Shown here: positions 7,814 through 16,750 of the stretch, in pieces | Layout: the number at the start of each line of letters is the position of its first letter | How positions within the stretch are numbered: position 1 is the first letter of the stretch | IMG/VR virus record: IMGVR_UViG_3300042862_000073 | Coordinates: 1 to 56,794 of that record | Source: a virus | Taxonomy: Duplodnaviria; Caudoviricetes | Length of the DNA: 56,794 bases | Strand: one strand, 5' to 3' | The notes under the pieces: model-generated | What the model was told of the DNA's origin: nothing | The model's input: only the letters and a program-made list of their open reading frames with translations | Databases searched by the model: none | Translations under genes and position numbers: made by a program

Positions 7814-8004
7814 GAAGATTAATTGACATGCTAGCTGTGCTCGGTGCAATTTGCACACCGACAAGCATTATCCTGTGGATATTCGCCTATGACCTAGGCC
7901 TGCACAGGGAGTTATCAGTATACATACTGCTGATTTCTTTATCCTGCGGTGCAGTTGCAATCGTAACAAATACTATATACGATATTATTTATGGTGAAGA
8001 TTAA
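7810..8004 (+). CDS. Small two-TM membrane protein
   Basis: Two hydrophobic segments; coupled ORF. Confidence 0.6.
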   Translation: MRRLIDMLAVLGAICTPTSIILWIFAYDLGLHRELSVYILLISLSCGAVAIVTNTIYDIIYGED

Positions 8005-8215
8005 ACAAATTGAGATGTGCGCCATACATAAGTGCGCACGAGAGTGTGACTCTGAGATACGAGGCATAGGTGATTGTATGTGTCATAACCTTAACTGGCA
8101 GAAGGCTAGTGAGAAGTTTATGGACTACAGTCTATCCTATCAAATGGATGTCGCCCCGGCACATTGGAAGGTTAAAAAATCTAATAAAACAAGCAATGGA
8201 AAGACCAAAGAGTAA
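7991..8215 (+). CDS. Small Cys-rich protein
   Basis: Overlapping ORF with five Cys. Confidence 0.5.
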   Translation: MVKIKQIEMCAIHKCARECDSEIRGIGDCMCHNLNWQKASEKFMDYSLSYQMDVAPAHWKVKKSNKTSNGKTKE

Positions 8216-8351
8216 CTTTATCTGCGTACTTAGTAGTACTGAGCAGGGAATTAATAGACCACAGGTAGACTACAATGAGTGGGCTATCATGGTACGTAAA
8301 GAAAACGATATGCTATACGGTATCGCAAAAGACTATAAATCAACGTATTAA
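8196..8351 (+). CDS. Hypothetical protein
   Basis: Likely start MERPKSN at 8196. Confidence 0.5.
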   Translation: MERPKSNFICVLSSTEQGINRPQVDYNEWAIMVRKENDMLYGIAKDYKSTY

Positions 8352-8487
8352 GTTTTGTTTTTGTTTATTGGTTACTAGCATAAGAGTATAGTGCTTGACA
8401 TTGATTGTCAGGCACTTACCTTTTGTTAGGTCTAATAGGTAAAACAAACTAACTAAAGAACATAATTCTAACTAAACCCAATTTAAG

Positions 8488-8712
8488 ATGTTTAATAGAC
8501 AACCACAAGAATGGTACGAGGTATATGAAACTCGTGCAGACGGAGTAAAAGAAACTCTATTTAGAAATTCAAATCTATCGGCGTGCCAGGATTACATAGA
8601 CAGGAACAAGTATTTCAAACTACTTAACATAGATCAGTGGAAACAACTGAAACACGGGCCTGTAGTAGTTAAGAACGTGACTGCACCAATTGTTAATAAA
8701 CTATTTACATAA
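8488..8712 (+). CDS. Hypothetical protein
   Basis: ORF after intergenic hairpin. Confidence 0.6.
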   Translation: MFNRQPQEWYEVYETRADGVKETLFRNSNLSACQDYIDRNKYFKLLNIDQWKQLKHGPVVVKNVTAPIVNKLFT

Positions 8713-8750
8713 AAATTGGTGATTAAATTTACTTACATTATCTTTACACT

Positions 8751-8942
8751 ATGACACTAATAGAGTTCCTACAAAAGAATATAGACCTCCTATCGCTATC
8801 CGAGATATCTCGCGTGTGTGATATAGAGCGTTCCAAGATGCACCGTATCGTACATAAGGGTGCTATAACAGACGATGAAGCCGAGTCAATACGAGAGGTG
8901 CTTCGTCAACTATTTGTTGATATAGAATCGCTTGAAGGCTGA
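8751..8942 (+). CDS. Small HTH-like DNA-binding protein
   Basis: SLSEISRVCDIERSKMHRIV helix-turn-helix pattern; promoter-like TATCTTTA just upstream. Confidence 0.55.
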   Translation: MTLIEFLQKNIDLLSLSEISRVCDIERSKMHRIVHKGAITDDEAESIREVLRQLFVDIESLEG

Positions 8943-9159
8943 TCTACTCAATAGAGCCCAGAAGGTAGTCAGATGGTTCGGTGTTAAGGACAGGGACCCA
9001 AAAAGAACAGCACGGGTATACTTCCCTGAATACTACAGGGGTATGATGCGTGTGTTTCGACAGGCGTGCTTCACCTTCACCGATGATGACGTAACTAGAT
9101 GGGAGGAATTAATAAGAATACTAACAGCTCAGGAAAGGGCAACAAGAAAACAAAAATGA
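8932..9159 (+). CDS. Hypothetical protein
   Basis: TTG start overlapping previous gene; fills operon gap. Confidence 0.5.
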   Translation: MKADLLNRAQKVVRWFGVKDRDPKRTARVYFPEYYRGMMRVFRQACFTFTDDDVTRWEELIRILTAQERATRKQK

Positions 9160-9527
9160 CACGACCAGCAAAAAGGATAAAGGCTCCGGCTGCTAAGCGC
9201 ATAACGAGAGCCGATAAGATTAGACGTGCCTATGAACTAAAGGCTCGTGTATATCAAGCGTTAAACATGGCAGGACTTGACACTACACTAAAGTATCTAC
9301 CCTATGCAAAGAACTTTGACCTACTATTTGTAGCTCTTGAACCCGATGCTAACGAGCGTCGCATTAGACTACGTAGGATTATTAGCGGCGTTCCAAAAGT
9401 AGATGACGCATTTTGGATTGAAGTACTACACCGCTACTGCTCAGAGATATATCAGGTATCAAGATTCTTCTGCGCATTTACCTACCACCCTGGTATGCTA
9501 GATCTACCATCAACCAATCAAAAATAA
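9156..9527 (+). CDS. Hypothetical basic protein
   Basis: ATGA-coupled start MTRPAK. Confidence 0.6.
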   Translation: MTRPAKRIKAPAAKRITRADKIRRAYELKARVYQALNMAGLDTTLKYLPYAKNFDLLFVALEPDANERRIRLRRIISGVPKVDDAFWIEVLHRYCSEIYQVSRFFCAFTYHPGMLDLPSTNQK

Positions 9528-9533
9528 ATAGTT

Positions 9534-9842
9534 ATGCCTGCAATTGTAGATAAACTTACAATCAAATGTGATTTTCTTGACAAACGTGTTAAGCTTCTTC
9601 CATGCCAACGTGAAAGAATGAGATGGATGTGGGAGAATGGGATGAGTCAAAATCAGTTAGCCAAGAAGTATAACGTAAGCAAACGGCTTATACAATTTTG
9701 TATACACCCCGATAAGGCTGAACAGGCTAGGGCCGACTTCCTTAAACGTCAAGCAGACGGTAGATACTACAACAAGGAAAGACATACGGAGCACATGAGA
9801 GCGCATAGACAACATAAAAGAGAAGTACTAATAAATAAATAA
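9534..9842 (+). CDS. HTH DNA-binding protein
   Basis: GMSQNQLAKKYNVSKRLIQF helix-turn-helix pattern. Confidence 0.7.
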   Translation: MPAIVDKLTIKCDFLDKRVKLLPCQRERMRWMWENGMSQNQLAKKYNVSKRLIQFCIHPDKAEQARADFLKRQADGRYYNKERHTEHMRAHRQHKREVLINK

Positions 9843-9845
9843 ACC

Positions 9846-10700
9846 ATGAACTATTTTGAACTAGACGGAATAAACTATTCCTCATTAAAGCTTTACCACA
9901 AAAGCCCACTCCATTTCAAATGGAACCAGGACAACAGAAAGGATTCAACCGAAGCACAAAAGCTAGGTACTCTTGTCCATACGCTCGTTCTTGAGCCACA
10001 CCATATGGATAATGAATATACTATCCTTGATGTTGACAAGCGTCCTAATCGTGATGCCGACTTCCGTAACTCAGAGAACAAGCTATGGAAGCAGGTTATC
10101 ATTGAGGAGGCGGCTAGACACGGACGCATGGTAATCGACATCGACACCTACAATCAGGCTAAGGGTATGGCGGACAATGTACTACGCATCCCTGCCGTGC
10201 AGAAGCTTCTTGCATCAGCAACGATTGAACACGGTATTTCATGGACAGATCCTATGACTGGTCTATTGTGTAAGGGTAAGCCTGACGGATACAATACAGC
10301 ATCTAAGCTTGTGTTTGACCTTAAGACAACTATCTCTGCACACCCTACCGACTTTCAACGTGCTATATGGAACTATCGTTATCATGAGCAGGCGGCGTTC
10401 TATATTAATGGGTTGAACGCTGTTCATGGCGAGGATACATTCAAACGCTTCCTATTCATTGTTGTTGAGAAGGAGCCACCATACGCTGCGTCAGTATTTA
10501 TGCTAGCGGAATCAGCTATCAATGTTGGTTGGATTACCTGTCAATCACTACTCAACCTGCATAAGCAGTGCGTAGACAATGATGACTGGTCAGCACAATA
10601 CGACATTCTATCTAGCCATAGCTCAGGTGTTATGGATATGGATCTACCCGACTTTGCCTACATGAAGGCAGAGAATGATGAGTTAACTAATCAATTCTAA
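9846..10700 (+). CDS. recE: RecE/exonuclease VIII-like PD-(D/E)XK nuclease (DUF3799 type)
   Basis: SxLK...SP, GTLVHTLVLEP, CKGKPD, DLKTT, YHEQAAFY, VEKEPPY motifs; adjacent to RecT. Confidence 0.88.
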   Translation: MNYFELDGINYSSLKLYHKSPLHFKWNQDNRKDSTEAQKLGTLVHTLVLEPHHMDNEYTILDVDKRPNRDADFRNSENKLWKQVIIEEAARHGRMVIDIDTYNQAKGMADNVLRIPAVQKLLASATIEHGISWTDPMTGLLCKGKPDGYNTASKLVFDLKTTISAHPTDFQRAIWNYRYHEQAAFYINGLNAVHGEDTFKRFLFIVVEKEPPYAASVFMLAESAINVGWITCQSLLNLHKQCVDNDDWSAQYDILSSHSSGVMDMDLPDFAYMKAENDELTNQF

Positions 10701-10702
10701 AT

Positions 10703-11515
10703 ATGAACAAAGCAGTAGAAATCAAAAAGTTCGAAAGCCAAGTAAAGGCCTACGAAGAAACCATCACCAAGCTAGTTGGTAACAAGTATGGTATCACAGC
10801 AGACGAGTTCGCTATGTCTGTTATGACAGCAGTAAAAAAGACACCTAAGCTACTTAATTGTGACCGAGGTTCTCTCTTTGCGGCTGTCCTTTTATCAGCG
10901 GAGCTAAAGCTTCCCTTCAACACACCATCAGGATTCTCCTACATCATTCCATACGGTAATGAGGCGCAGTTCCAGGTAGGTTACAAGGGGCTAGTAGAAA
11001 TTGCCTACCGTAACCCACGAGTTAAGTCGGTATATGCCGGTGTTGTATATCAAGATGAGGTTGCGGCAGGGCTATTCAGATACTCACGAGGTATGGATGT
11101 CATCCTCGAACACACACCGATTATGAACAGAACACCAGAGCAGGAACGTGAGAAGGAGGTGTACTGTACATACGGTATTGTTAAGCTTGAGGGTGCTGAC
11201 CCAATCATTGAGGTGCTTGACGCCAATCAACTTAATGCTATCAAGAAGATCAGCAAGGGTGCAGGTTCACAATCAAGTCCCTACAATAATGGTACAGACA
11301 TAGCCGATTGGATGTATAAGAAGGCGGCTATCAAACAATGCCTCAAGACAGTACCTAAGCAGGGTGTACCTGAGATAGCTATGGCTGTTGAGGTGGATGA
11401 CAAACTATCTTCAGGCAGTAGAGCAATCATCAACGAGGATGGCGGTGTAGAGATACAGGACGTGGACTTCGTTGAAAAGCATGAAGCTAAGGACGAAATC
11501 TTTAATGACCTATGA
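10703..11515 (+). CDS. recT: RecT-family single-strand annealing protein
   Basis: PKLLNCDRGSL, YIIPYGNEAQFQVGYKGLVEIAYR, MYKKAAIK..LKTVP motifs. Confidence 0.9.
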   Translation: MNKAVEIKKFESQVKAYEETITKLVGNKYGITADEFAMSVMTAVKKTPKLLNCDRGSLFAAVLLSAELKLPFNTPSGFSYIIPYGNEAQFQVGYKGLVEIAYRNPRVKSVYAGVVYQDEVAAGLFRYSRGMDVILEHTPIMNRTPEQEREKEVYCTYGIVKLEGADPIIEVLDANQLNAIKKISKGAGSQSSPYNNGTDIADWMYKKAAIKQCLKTVPKQGVPEIAMAVEVDDKLSSGSRAIINEDGGVEIQDVDFVEKHEAKDEIFNDL

Positions 11516-11620
11516 TAGACGAAATCCTAACAGAAATTGAAGGCCTAGTGTATAGTGGTGTACGTCTGAACGTACATCACATACGCGCCATATTCCGTAA
11601 ATACAAACAACTAAATAACG

Positions 11621-12043
11621 ATGAAAGTAACACTTAATTCACAAGAGCATGGGACGTGCTACCTAATGATGTCCAACAGGTTGTATCTCAATCTAGAGGA
11701 GGATGTCTATGATCTTATAGCTGGCTATGCCTTCGCTAAATGGAAGAACATCTTCTTTGACTCGCTACAGGAGAAGTTCCACTATCACCTTCTCTTTAAT
11801 GACAAGCGCATCCGCCTTCACATTACTGGTGATGACTTTATTGAACTGGATATATCCAAGGCAAAGAAGATTGATGCCGACCTTGTAGTGCTAACACACA
11901 TTAATAAGGGCGAGGTTGATTTTGTCGGCTATGCAAAAGTCACTGACATATACATGATGGACAACGTTAGTATAGACGGTGACAAGAAGGTAGTCAAGAT
12001 AACAGAAGATAAACTAATTAAATTTAAAGAAGATGTCGGATGA
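11621..12043 (+). CDS. Hypothetical protein
   Basis: 140-aa ORF in operon. Confidence 0.7.
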   Translation: MKVTLNSQEHGTCYLMMSNRLYLNLEEDVYDLIAGYAFAKWKNIFFDSLQEKFHYHLLFNDKRIRLHITGDDFIELDISKAKKIDADLVVLTHINKGEVDFVGYAKVTDIYMMDNVSIDGDKKVVKITEDKLIKFKEDVG

Positions 12044-12251
12044 ACATGAGAAACTAATGGGATCAATGACGGTCCACAAGGGACACAAGCTGTTCCGGTA
12101 CAACACCAGTACTACTGAGCTAGCCGTATGCACGGATTATGATACCGATGAATACGGACGCCGCAAGGTAACAATGGAAAACGACTGCCTGTATATACTG
12201 GCACTCAACGAAAGAAACGCAATTAGAAAACTTAAAAACTTAGCAAAATGA
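12033..12251 (+). CDS. Conserved-looking small phage protein
   Basis: GHKLFRYN...CLYILALNERNAIRK. Confidence 0.7.
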   Translation: MSDEHEKLMGSMTVHKGHKLFRYNTSTTELAVCTDYDTDEYGRRKVTMENDCLYILALNERNAIRKLKNLAK

Positions 12252-12505
12252 TACAGACAACAGCAATAGTAATAGCAGTATTATCAATCATCACAAACGT
12301 ATTCCAATACTTTTGGGGCAGACAGACAAGCCAAATGCTTGAAGAGTTAGAGTATAGACATAGCGGTCTTATAGATACCTATATCGAAATACGCGGTAAG
12401 TTCTTTGACCTTAAAAATAAGGAGGTGAAGAAGCCTATCAAGCGTACACCTCCACAAAAGAAGGTAGGACCAGGACGTCCAATAGGATCTAAAAACAAGA
12501 AATAG
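12248..12505 (+). CDS. Membrane-anchored protein with AT-hook-like tail
   Basis: N-terminal TM; C-terminal GRPIGSKNK. Confidence 0.65.
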   Translation: MIQTTAIVIAVLSIITNVFQYFWGRQTSQMLEELEYRHSGLIDTYIEIRGKFFDLKNKEVKKPIKRTPPQKKVGPGRPIGSKNKK

Positions 12506-12506
12506 T

Positions 12507-12857
12507 ATGACGGACGATGAGAAAATGAAGGTATTAAACCTTATCATGTGGCTACAGGTAGGTATCTATGCGGCTGATGAGTGCGAGCCAATCAAATGGT
12601 TCTACACCAAGCAGACAAAACAACTACTCAAGCGACTGGTAGACACCATTCAAAAGGAACACGGAATTGTTATCAAGGCCCTGTGGGAGGTAGACGGAGT
12701 GAAGATGCCGGATGTTACGAGAGCTATAGATGAGTTCGCCAATCAACTTGCGAAAGCCGACTACTACAAACTACCCGACATAACAAGATTAATAGAAATG
12801 TATAACAACGGTGAGATGGAAAAGTATTTCATCCGCCCAATAAATCAAGACGTATGA
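12507..12857 (+). CDS. Hypothetical protein
   Basis: Coupled ORF. Confidence 0.7.
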   Translation: MTDDEKMKVLNLIMWLQVGIYAADECEPIKWFYTKQTKQLLKRLVDTIQKEHGIVIKALWEVDGVKMPDVTRAIDEFANQLAKADYYKLPDITRLIEMYNNGEMEKYFIRPINQDV

Positions 12858-13102
12858 AACCAGCAGGAGGAATGATTAAGCTAGCACCCATCTACATCGA
12901 CAAGAAAAGTTCGGCTATCCACACAAACGAGAAGCCGGAACTATCTTCAATGGGTAAGATTATAGAACTAGGACCTGATGTAACAGGATTTACAGAAGGA
13001 CAAGTTATTGTGTTCAACCCTAAAAAGTTGACAATAGCATCAGAGAACGGCGTTAACGTAGGTTACATCCACTCTGATCTAATAGACGCTATCTACGAAT
13101 AG
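12854..13102 (+). CDS. GroES-like co-chaperonin
   Basis: MKP..GMI, GKIIELGPDV..GQVIVF, IHSDLIDAI pattern and length match Cpn10. Confidence 0.7.
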   Translation: MKPAGGMIKLAPIYIDKKSSAIHTNEKPELSSMGKIIELGPDVTGFTEGQVIVFNPKKLTIASENGVNVGYIHSDLIDAIYE

Positions 13103-13123
13103 CATAGTTTCTCATCGTTAAAG

Positions 13124-13157
13124 TGGGGCGGTCCAAACGTGGATGCCCCATTTTTTT
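13124..13157 (+). terminator. Terminator between convergent units
   Basis: TGGGGC...GCCCCA stem followed by T7. Confidence 0.75.
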
Positions 13158-13449
13158 ATCCCTTCTTGGTACTTTTACCATTAGATCCATTGCGAGCACG
13201 ATTCTTTGAAGCGGCTTCCTTTACTGTACGGCCCGACTTGGTATGGCTCATGTCCTTACCGTCTCCATTACCTTCAGTACCTGCTCTTCTATTGGCTTTA
13301 TTTAAACCACTTCTATATGCTACACGCTCAGGTGTAGATTGATACTTAGTATCATACGCAAGTTTCTTCTTGCGGCTTTCAGGATTTTCTGCATAACCTT
13401 TAGCAGATTTACTAGTTCCTGTAGACTTTCCAGCCAATTTATTTCTCAT
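13156..13449 (-). CDS. Small basic phage protein (degenerate HNH-like)
   Basis: K/R-rich; GDGKDMSH..G...KNRARN pattern. Confidence 0.7.
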   Translation of the reverse strand: MRNKLAGKSTGTSKSAKGYAENPESRKKKLAYDTKYQSTPERVAYRSGLNKANRRAGTEGNGDGKDMSHTKSGRTVKEAASKNRARNGSNGKSTKKG

Positions 13450-13450
13450 A

Positions 13451-13600
13451 TCATTTCTTTTTTTTAGCTTTGATAGCCTTCTCCTGCTTTAACATAGCTT
13501 CTGTAGGCTTCTTACCTGAACCCTTCTTAGCTCGGATGTTATCCCAAAGTCCTCTTTGAGATGTGCTGCCATCCTTTCTTTTAATCATTTCCTTTTTCAT
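13451..13600 (-). CDS. Small basic protein (49 aa, not in ORF track)
   Basis: MKKEMIKRKDGSTSQRGLWDNIRAKKGSGKKPTEAMLKQEKAIKAKKKK. Confidence 0.7.
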   Translation of the reverse strand: MKKEMIKRKDGSTSQRGLWDNIRAKKGSGKKPTEAMLKQEKAIKAKKKK

Positions 13601-13734
13601 TTACCTTGACCAACATTAAGTTTAATATAGTTCTTTGAACCTTTAATCTTAGATGAATTGTTCTTTGAATGTACACCTGGTCTCTTAACCTTAGGTTTCT
13701 TTTTGAATGTAGTTACATTAGATACTTTTGCCAT
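13597..13734 (-). CDS. Small basic protein (45 aa, not in ORF track)
   Basis: MAKVSNVTTFKKKPKVKRPGVHSK...NVGQGK; ATGA-coupled to the next gene. Confidence 0.7.
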   Translation of the reverse strand: MAKVSNVTTFKKKPKVKRPGVHSKNNSSKIKGSKNYIKLNVGQGK

Positions 13735-13750
13735 TGTTGTATTGTTTCAA

Positions 13751-13758
13751 CAAATATA
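13751..13758 (-). promoter_or_regulatory. Bacteroidota -7 promoter element
   Basis: TATATTTG on the - strand 16 nt upstream of ATG 13734. Confidence 0.55.
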
Positions 13759-14137
13759 ACATGCTAGAGGTAGATTTGAGTCACGAGCAGGTACAAAAAG
13801 TGCTATGTATTACGCATACTTTTCATACCATTACATGCTATCGGTGAGTTTTTCGCCTTTCGCTTTGGCTGACAACGGAAAGTGCTTGGTCCTGACTTGT
13901 CATTTAAACTTGTTATTATTTCTCGACGCATAGAGATATGAGTGGCTCTGTTACCAGTACGGCTGTATTACTTCCGTTACCCTACACGTCTGCCTGACTA
14001 TTCCAACCGGCGAGGCTACTTTTTCATTCGGCACGAAGGTGTAGCAAACCAAGACTTAGAAAAAAAGAAAATCCCATACACCAGATCACATAACATACTG
14101 ATGCAGGGATTTGTATTATTCCGGTATGTGATCGGGA

Positions 14138-14168
14138 CAAATATACATACAATACTTACAATGTCAAC
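14138..14168 (-). promoter_or_regulatory. Bacteroidota sigma70 promoter facing a non-coding region
   Basis: TTG - 19 bp - TATATTTG on the - strand. Confidence 0.6.
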
Positions 14169-14244
14169 AGTGTGGTGTAAAAATATCTGATTTGTTAAAT
14201 GCTCGTCTGATATTGTTGCGTACATTAGCTTAAAATTTACCACA

Positions 14245-14355
14245 ATGAAAGGACGTCCAAACCCTAATACCTTGATTAAGAGTATCAAGCCAGGCAGCAA
14301 GCCATCAGCAACAGGAAGTAACAAATCTAAAAAAGGCAACTGCGGTTGTAAATAA
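14245..14355 (+). CDS. Small basic peptide (36 aa, not in ORF track)
   Basis: MKGRPNPNTLIKSIKPGSKPSATGSNKSKKGNCGCK; stop 1 nt before next ATG. Confidence 0.55.
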   Translation: MKGRPNPNTLIKSIKPGSKPSATGSNKSKKGNCGCK

Positions 14356-14356
14356 T

Positions 14357-14584
14357 ATGAAAGCACCAAAGAAGAAGGGAGCTGTTAAAAAAGCTGTCAA
14401 GAAAGTAGTTAAGAAGGTAGTTGCTAAGAGAGCTGCTAAGAAGGCGGTTAAGAAGGATGTCGCTACTACTGCTAAGAAGATTATGCGTCCTCCGGTACAA
14501 CAGACTCCAATGCAACCTCCAATGGGTGGAATGGGAATGCAACCTGGAATGACAAGAGGAATGGGTAATCCTGGAATGTATTAA
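14357..14584 (+). CDS. Histone H1-like K/A/V-rich protein with Met/Gly/Pro-rich tail
   Basis: AVKKAVKKVVKK repeats; MQPPMGGMGMQPGM tail. Confidence 0.7.
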   Translation: MKAPKKKGAVKKAVKKVVKKVVAKRAAKKAVKKDVATTAKKIMRPPVQQTPMQPPMGGMGMQPGMTRGMGNPGMY

Positions 14585-14587
14585 TAA

Positions 14588-14869
14588 ATGGCGGCTAAGA
14601 AAACTCCTACAGGCAGAACTGCTAAACTAACTTCTAAGGATAGAAATCCTAAAGGTGGTTTAAGTGCGGCTGGTCGTAAGAAAATTAACGCTGTTGAAGG
14701 TAGAAACCTAAAGGCTCCTGCACCTAACCCTAAGACAGAGAAGGATGCAAGCCGCCGTAAATCATTCTGTTCGAGAATGAAAGGTATGAAGAAGAAGAAC
14801 ACGTCAGCTAAGACAGCTAACGATCCTAACTCAAGAATTAATAAGAGCCTACGTGCTTGGAACTGTTAA
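14588..14869 (+). CDS. Basic phage protein (DUF6321-like)
   Basis: KGGLSAAGR, RRKSFCSRM and SRINKSLRAWNC motifs. Confidence 0.75.
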   Translation: MAAKKTPTGRTAKLTSKDRNPKGGLSAAGRKKINAVEGRNLKAPAPNPKTEKDASRRKSFCSRMKGMKKKNTSAKTANDPNSRINKSLRAWNC

Positions 14870-14880
14870 AATAAAAGACA

Positions 14881-15252
14881 ATGAACATTAAAGACCTCGG
14901 CAACTACGAACTTGTAAACGGTAATACCGATAGCCCTATCCTTATAGGCACACCTACATTTTACAACTTTTCTATACAAACAAAGACAGCTGTTGATCCA
15001 ACATCTACTAGACCTATGTTTAATGCGGCTACTCAAGTAGAAATGAAGGATAATTTACTTACCCTTCTAGAAGATGCGTCTATAGCGTTGGATCAGAATG
15101 GTGATGGTTGCGGATTCTGGTGGTATATCACAGATATTAAATCTGAATACATTAACAAGATAGGTGTTACTGGATACTTTATGGTTCTTTCTGCTACGGT
15201 TATTGCAGTTGAGGATAACAACATCCCTGCTGTATCTCCATCTAACGTATAA
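14881..15252 (+). CDS. Hypothetical protein
   Basis: 123-aa ORF followed by a terminator-like hairpin. Confidence 0.7.
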   Translation: MNIKDLGNYELVNGNTDSPILIGTPTFYNFSIQTKTAVDPTSTRPMFNAATQVEMKDNLLTLLEDASIALDQNGDGCGFWWYITDIKSEYINKIGVTGYFMVLSATVIAVEDNNIPAVSPSNV

Positions 15253-15273
15253 AAATATATTTGCTTAATACTT

Positions 15274-15303
15274 AAACCCGGTGTATATTGCATCGGGTTT
15301 TTT
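15274..15303 (+). terminator. Terminator-like hairpin
   Basis: AAACCCGGTG...CATCGGGTTT followed by TTT. Confidence 0.6.
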
Positions 15304-15308
15304 ATTAC

Positions 15309-15620
15309 ATGAAGGTACGGTTCTATACACAGGAAGATTATCACAACAGTGAAGGCGTTATTGATTTCACTAGAGGTCAGGACGGAACCTTCTTGCAATG
15401 GGGAACACAAACCAATGGTGTTGGAGAGGATACCGTGGCGGTAGTTAAGGATTCTCTAGGTCATGTACATCTCATTCATCCCGAGTGGTTATCTTTTGTC
15501 GGCTCCCAAAATGATCTGATTGAAAGCCTCCTCGAAGAGATAGTAGATGAGTACATACCTAACGCGCTACAGATTGATGCTAGAGCCCAAATAAAGGCCA
15601 TACTTAAACGCCACCTATGA
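15309..15620 (+). CDS. Hypothetical protein
   Basis: Likely start MKVRFY at 15309. Confidence 0.65.
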   Translation: MKVRFYTQEDYHNSEGVIDFTRGQDGTFLQWGTQTNGVGEDTVAVVKDSLGHVHLIHPEWLSFVGSQNDLIESLLEEIVDEYIPNALQIDARAQIKAILKRHL

Positions 15621-16012
15621 ACAGAGTAGATGTCAAGCCAATATCAATTAACACTGCCTATCGCGGTGGTAGGCGGTTTAAGACAAAGAAGTATATAGAC
15701 TTTGAGGCCCACTCTATGGCCATCATCAAAAAGGAGAAGCTACCTGAAGGACCTATCGGACTTCTTTTAGAATATGGATTTAGCAATAGAGCTCAGGACG
15801 TCGACTCTTGTATCAAGATGTCAATAGATGTCCTACAAAAGCGTCTAGGATTCAATGATAAGATTATCATGGAACTTTACGTTAAGAAGATTCTTGTCCC
15901 TAAGGGGGAAGAGTTCTGGAGTTTTAAATTTTACACCATACAATATGAACAGCAAAACACTGAAAGCAGTAATAGCCGACCTAGAAAACCGAGAGGAAAA
16001 GGGAAGGGCTGA
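15617..16012 (+). CDS. rusA: RusA-like Holliday junction resolvase
   Basis: PISINTAY, DVDSCIKMSIDVL and FNDKII motifs. Confidence 0.8.
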   Translation: MNRVDVKPISINTAYRGGRRFKTKKYIDFEAHSMAIIKKEKLPEGPIGLLLEYGFSNRAQDVDSCIKMSIDVLQKRLGFNDKIIMELYVKKILVPKGEEFWSFKFYTIQYEQQNTESSNSRPRKPRGKGKG

Positions 16013-16514
16013 GTACGGAACTACCGTAGACAGGACAGATCTATCACCTATGGATTGGGAACAACATCTCTATGAGGAGCTGCTAGATTCAGCACTCTAT
16101 CTCAAGCGTAGAAGCACAATGGACAACCTTCAAAACCTTTCACATAAGGTTGAGAGTTTCAATCGTGCGTTCAACCTACCAATTCGCATTAAGCCACAAC
16201 TAATTAAACAACAGGAGTATGAACTTCAATATAACCTACTACGTGAAGAACTTAGCGAGTATGGCGATGCTTGTGTTGCAAATGATCTTACTGGTATTGC
16301 TGACGCTATCGGTGATATGCTATATGTACTTCTTGGAATGGCTATTCGTCATGGCATACAAGATAATCTGGAGAAGATATTTAATGAGATACATGAATCT
16401 AATATGTCGAAGCTTGATAATGGCATGCCGATATATAATGAGGCTGGTAAGGTAATGAAGTCAAACAGTTATAAGAAACCTAATTTAGAAAATATCATAT
16501 ATGGAAATCACTGA
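15945..16514 (+). CDS. MazG-like/PRA-PH nucleotide pyrophosphohydrolase with a second MazG-like N-terminal domain
   Basis: LLREELSEY, IADAIGDMLYV, EIHESNMSKL, GKVMK motifs; N-terminal EYGTT..HLYEELLD; likely start MNSKTLK. Confidence 0.82.
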   Translation: MNSKTLKAVIADLENREEKGRAEYGTTVDRTDLSPMDWEQHLYEELLDSALYLKRRSTMDNLQNLSHKVESFNRAFNLPIRIKPQLIKQQEYELQYNLLREELSEYGDACVANDLTGIADAIGDMLYVLLGMAIRHGIQDNLEKIFNEIHESNMSKLDNGMPIYNEAGKVMKSNSYKKPNLENIIYGNH

Positions 16515-16707
16515 AAAAGAGGCGACGCTCCTCAACGAAATCATTGTTAGAACTGCTAACGCGGAGTTAACCAAGTTAAACGTACCTGAAGAGGATAGAG
16601 AACTATTTGTAGCTCTATTCGCAGGAGGATACACCAAGGCATTAAAAGACATTACAGAAGGTATAGATATCTTTAAGGAGGTTGAGGAAAAGTTAGCTAA
16701 AGAATGA
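16501..16707 (+). CDS. Hypothetical protein
   Basis: Overlapping ORF in operon. Confidence 0.65.
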   Translation: MEITEKEATLLNEIIVRTANAELTKLNVPEEDRELFVALFAGGYTKALKDITEGIDIFKEVEEKLAKE

Positions 16708-16750
16708 ATTTAAGCGGCGTTCCAAATTATACTTTTGGAAATAAAACACC

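Noticed and set aside
13942-14802. ORFs 13942-14190 (+), 14016-14369 (-), 14327-14542 (-) and 14581-14802 (-)
   Set aside because: They are antisense shadows of lysine-rich genes or span the promoter and hairpin region, with weak starts
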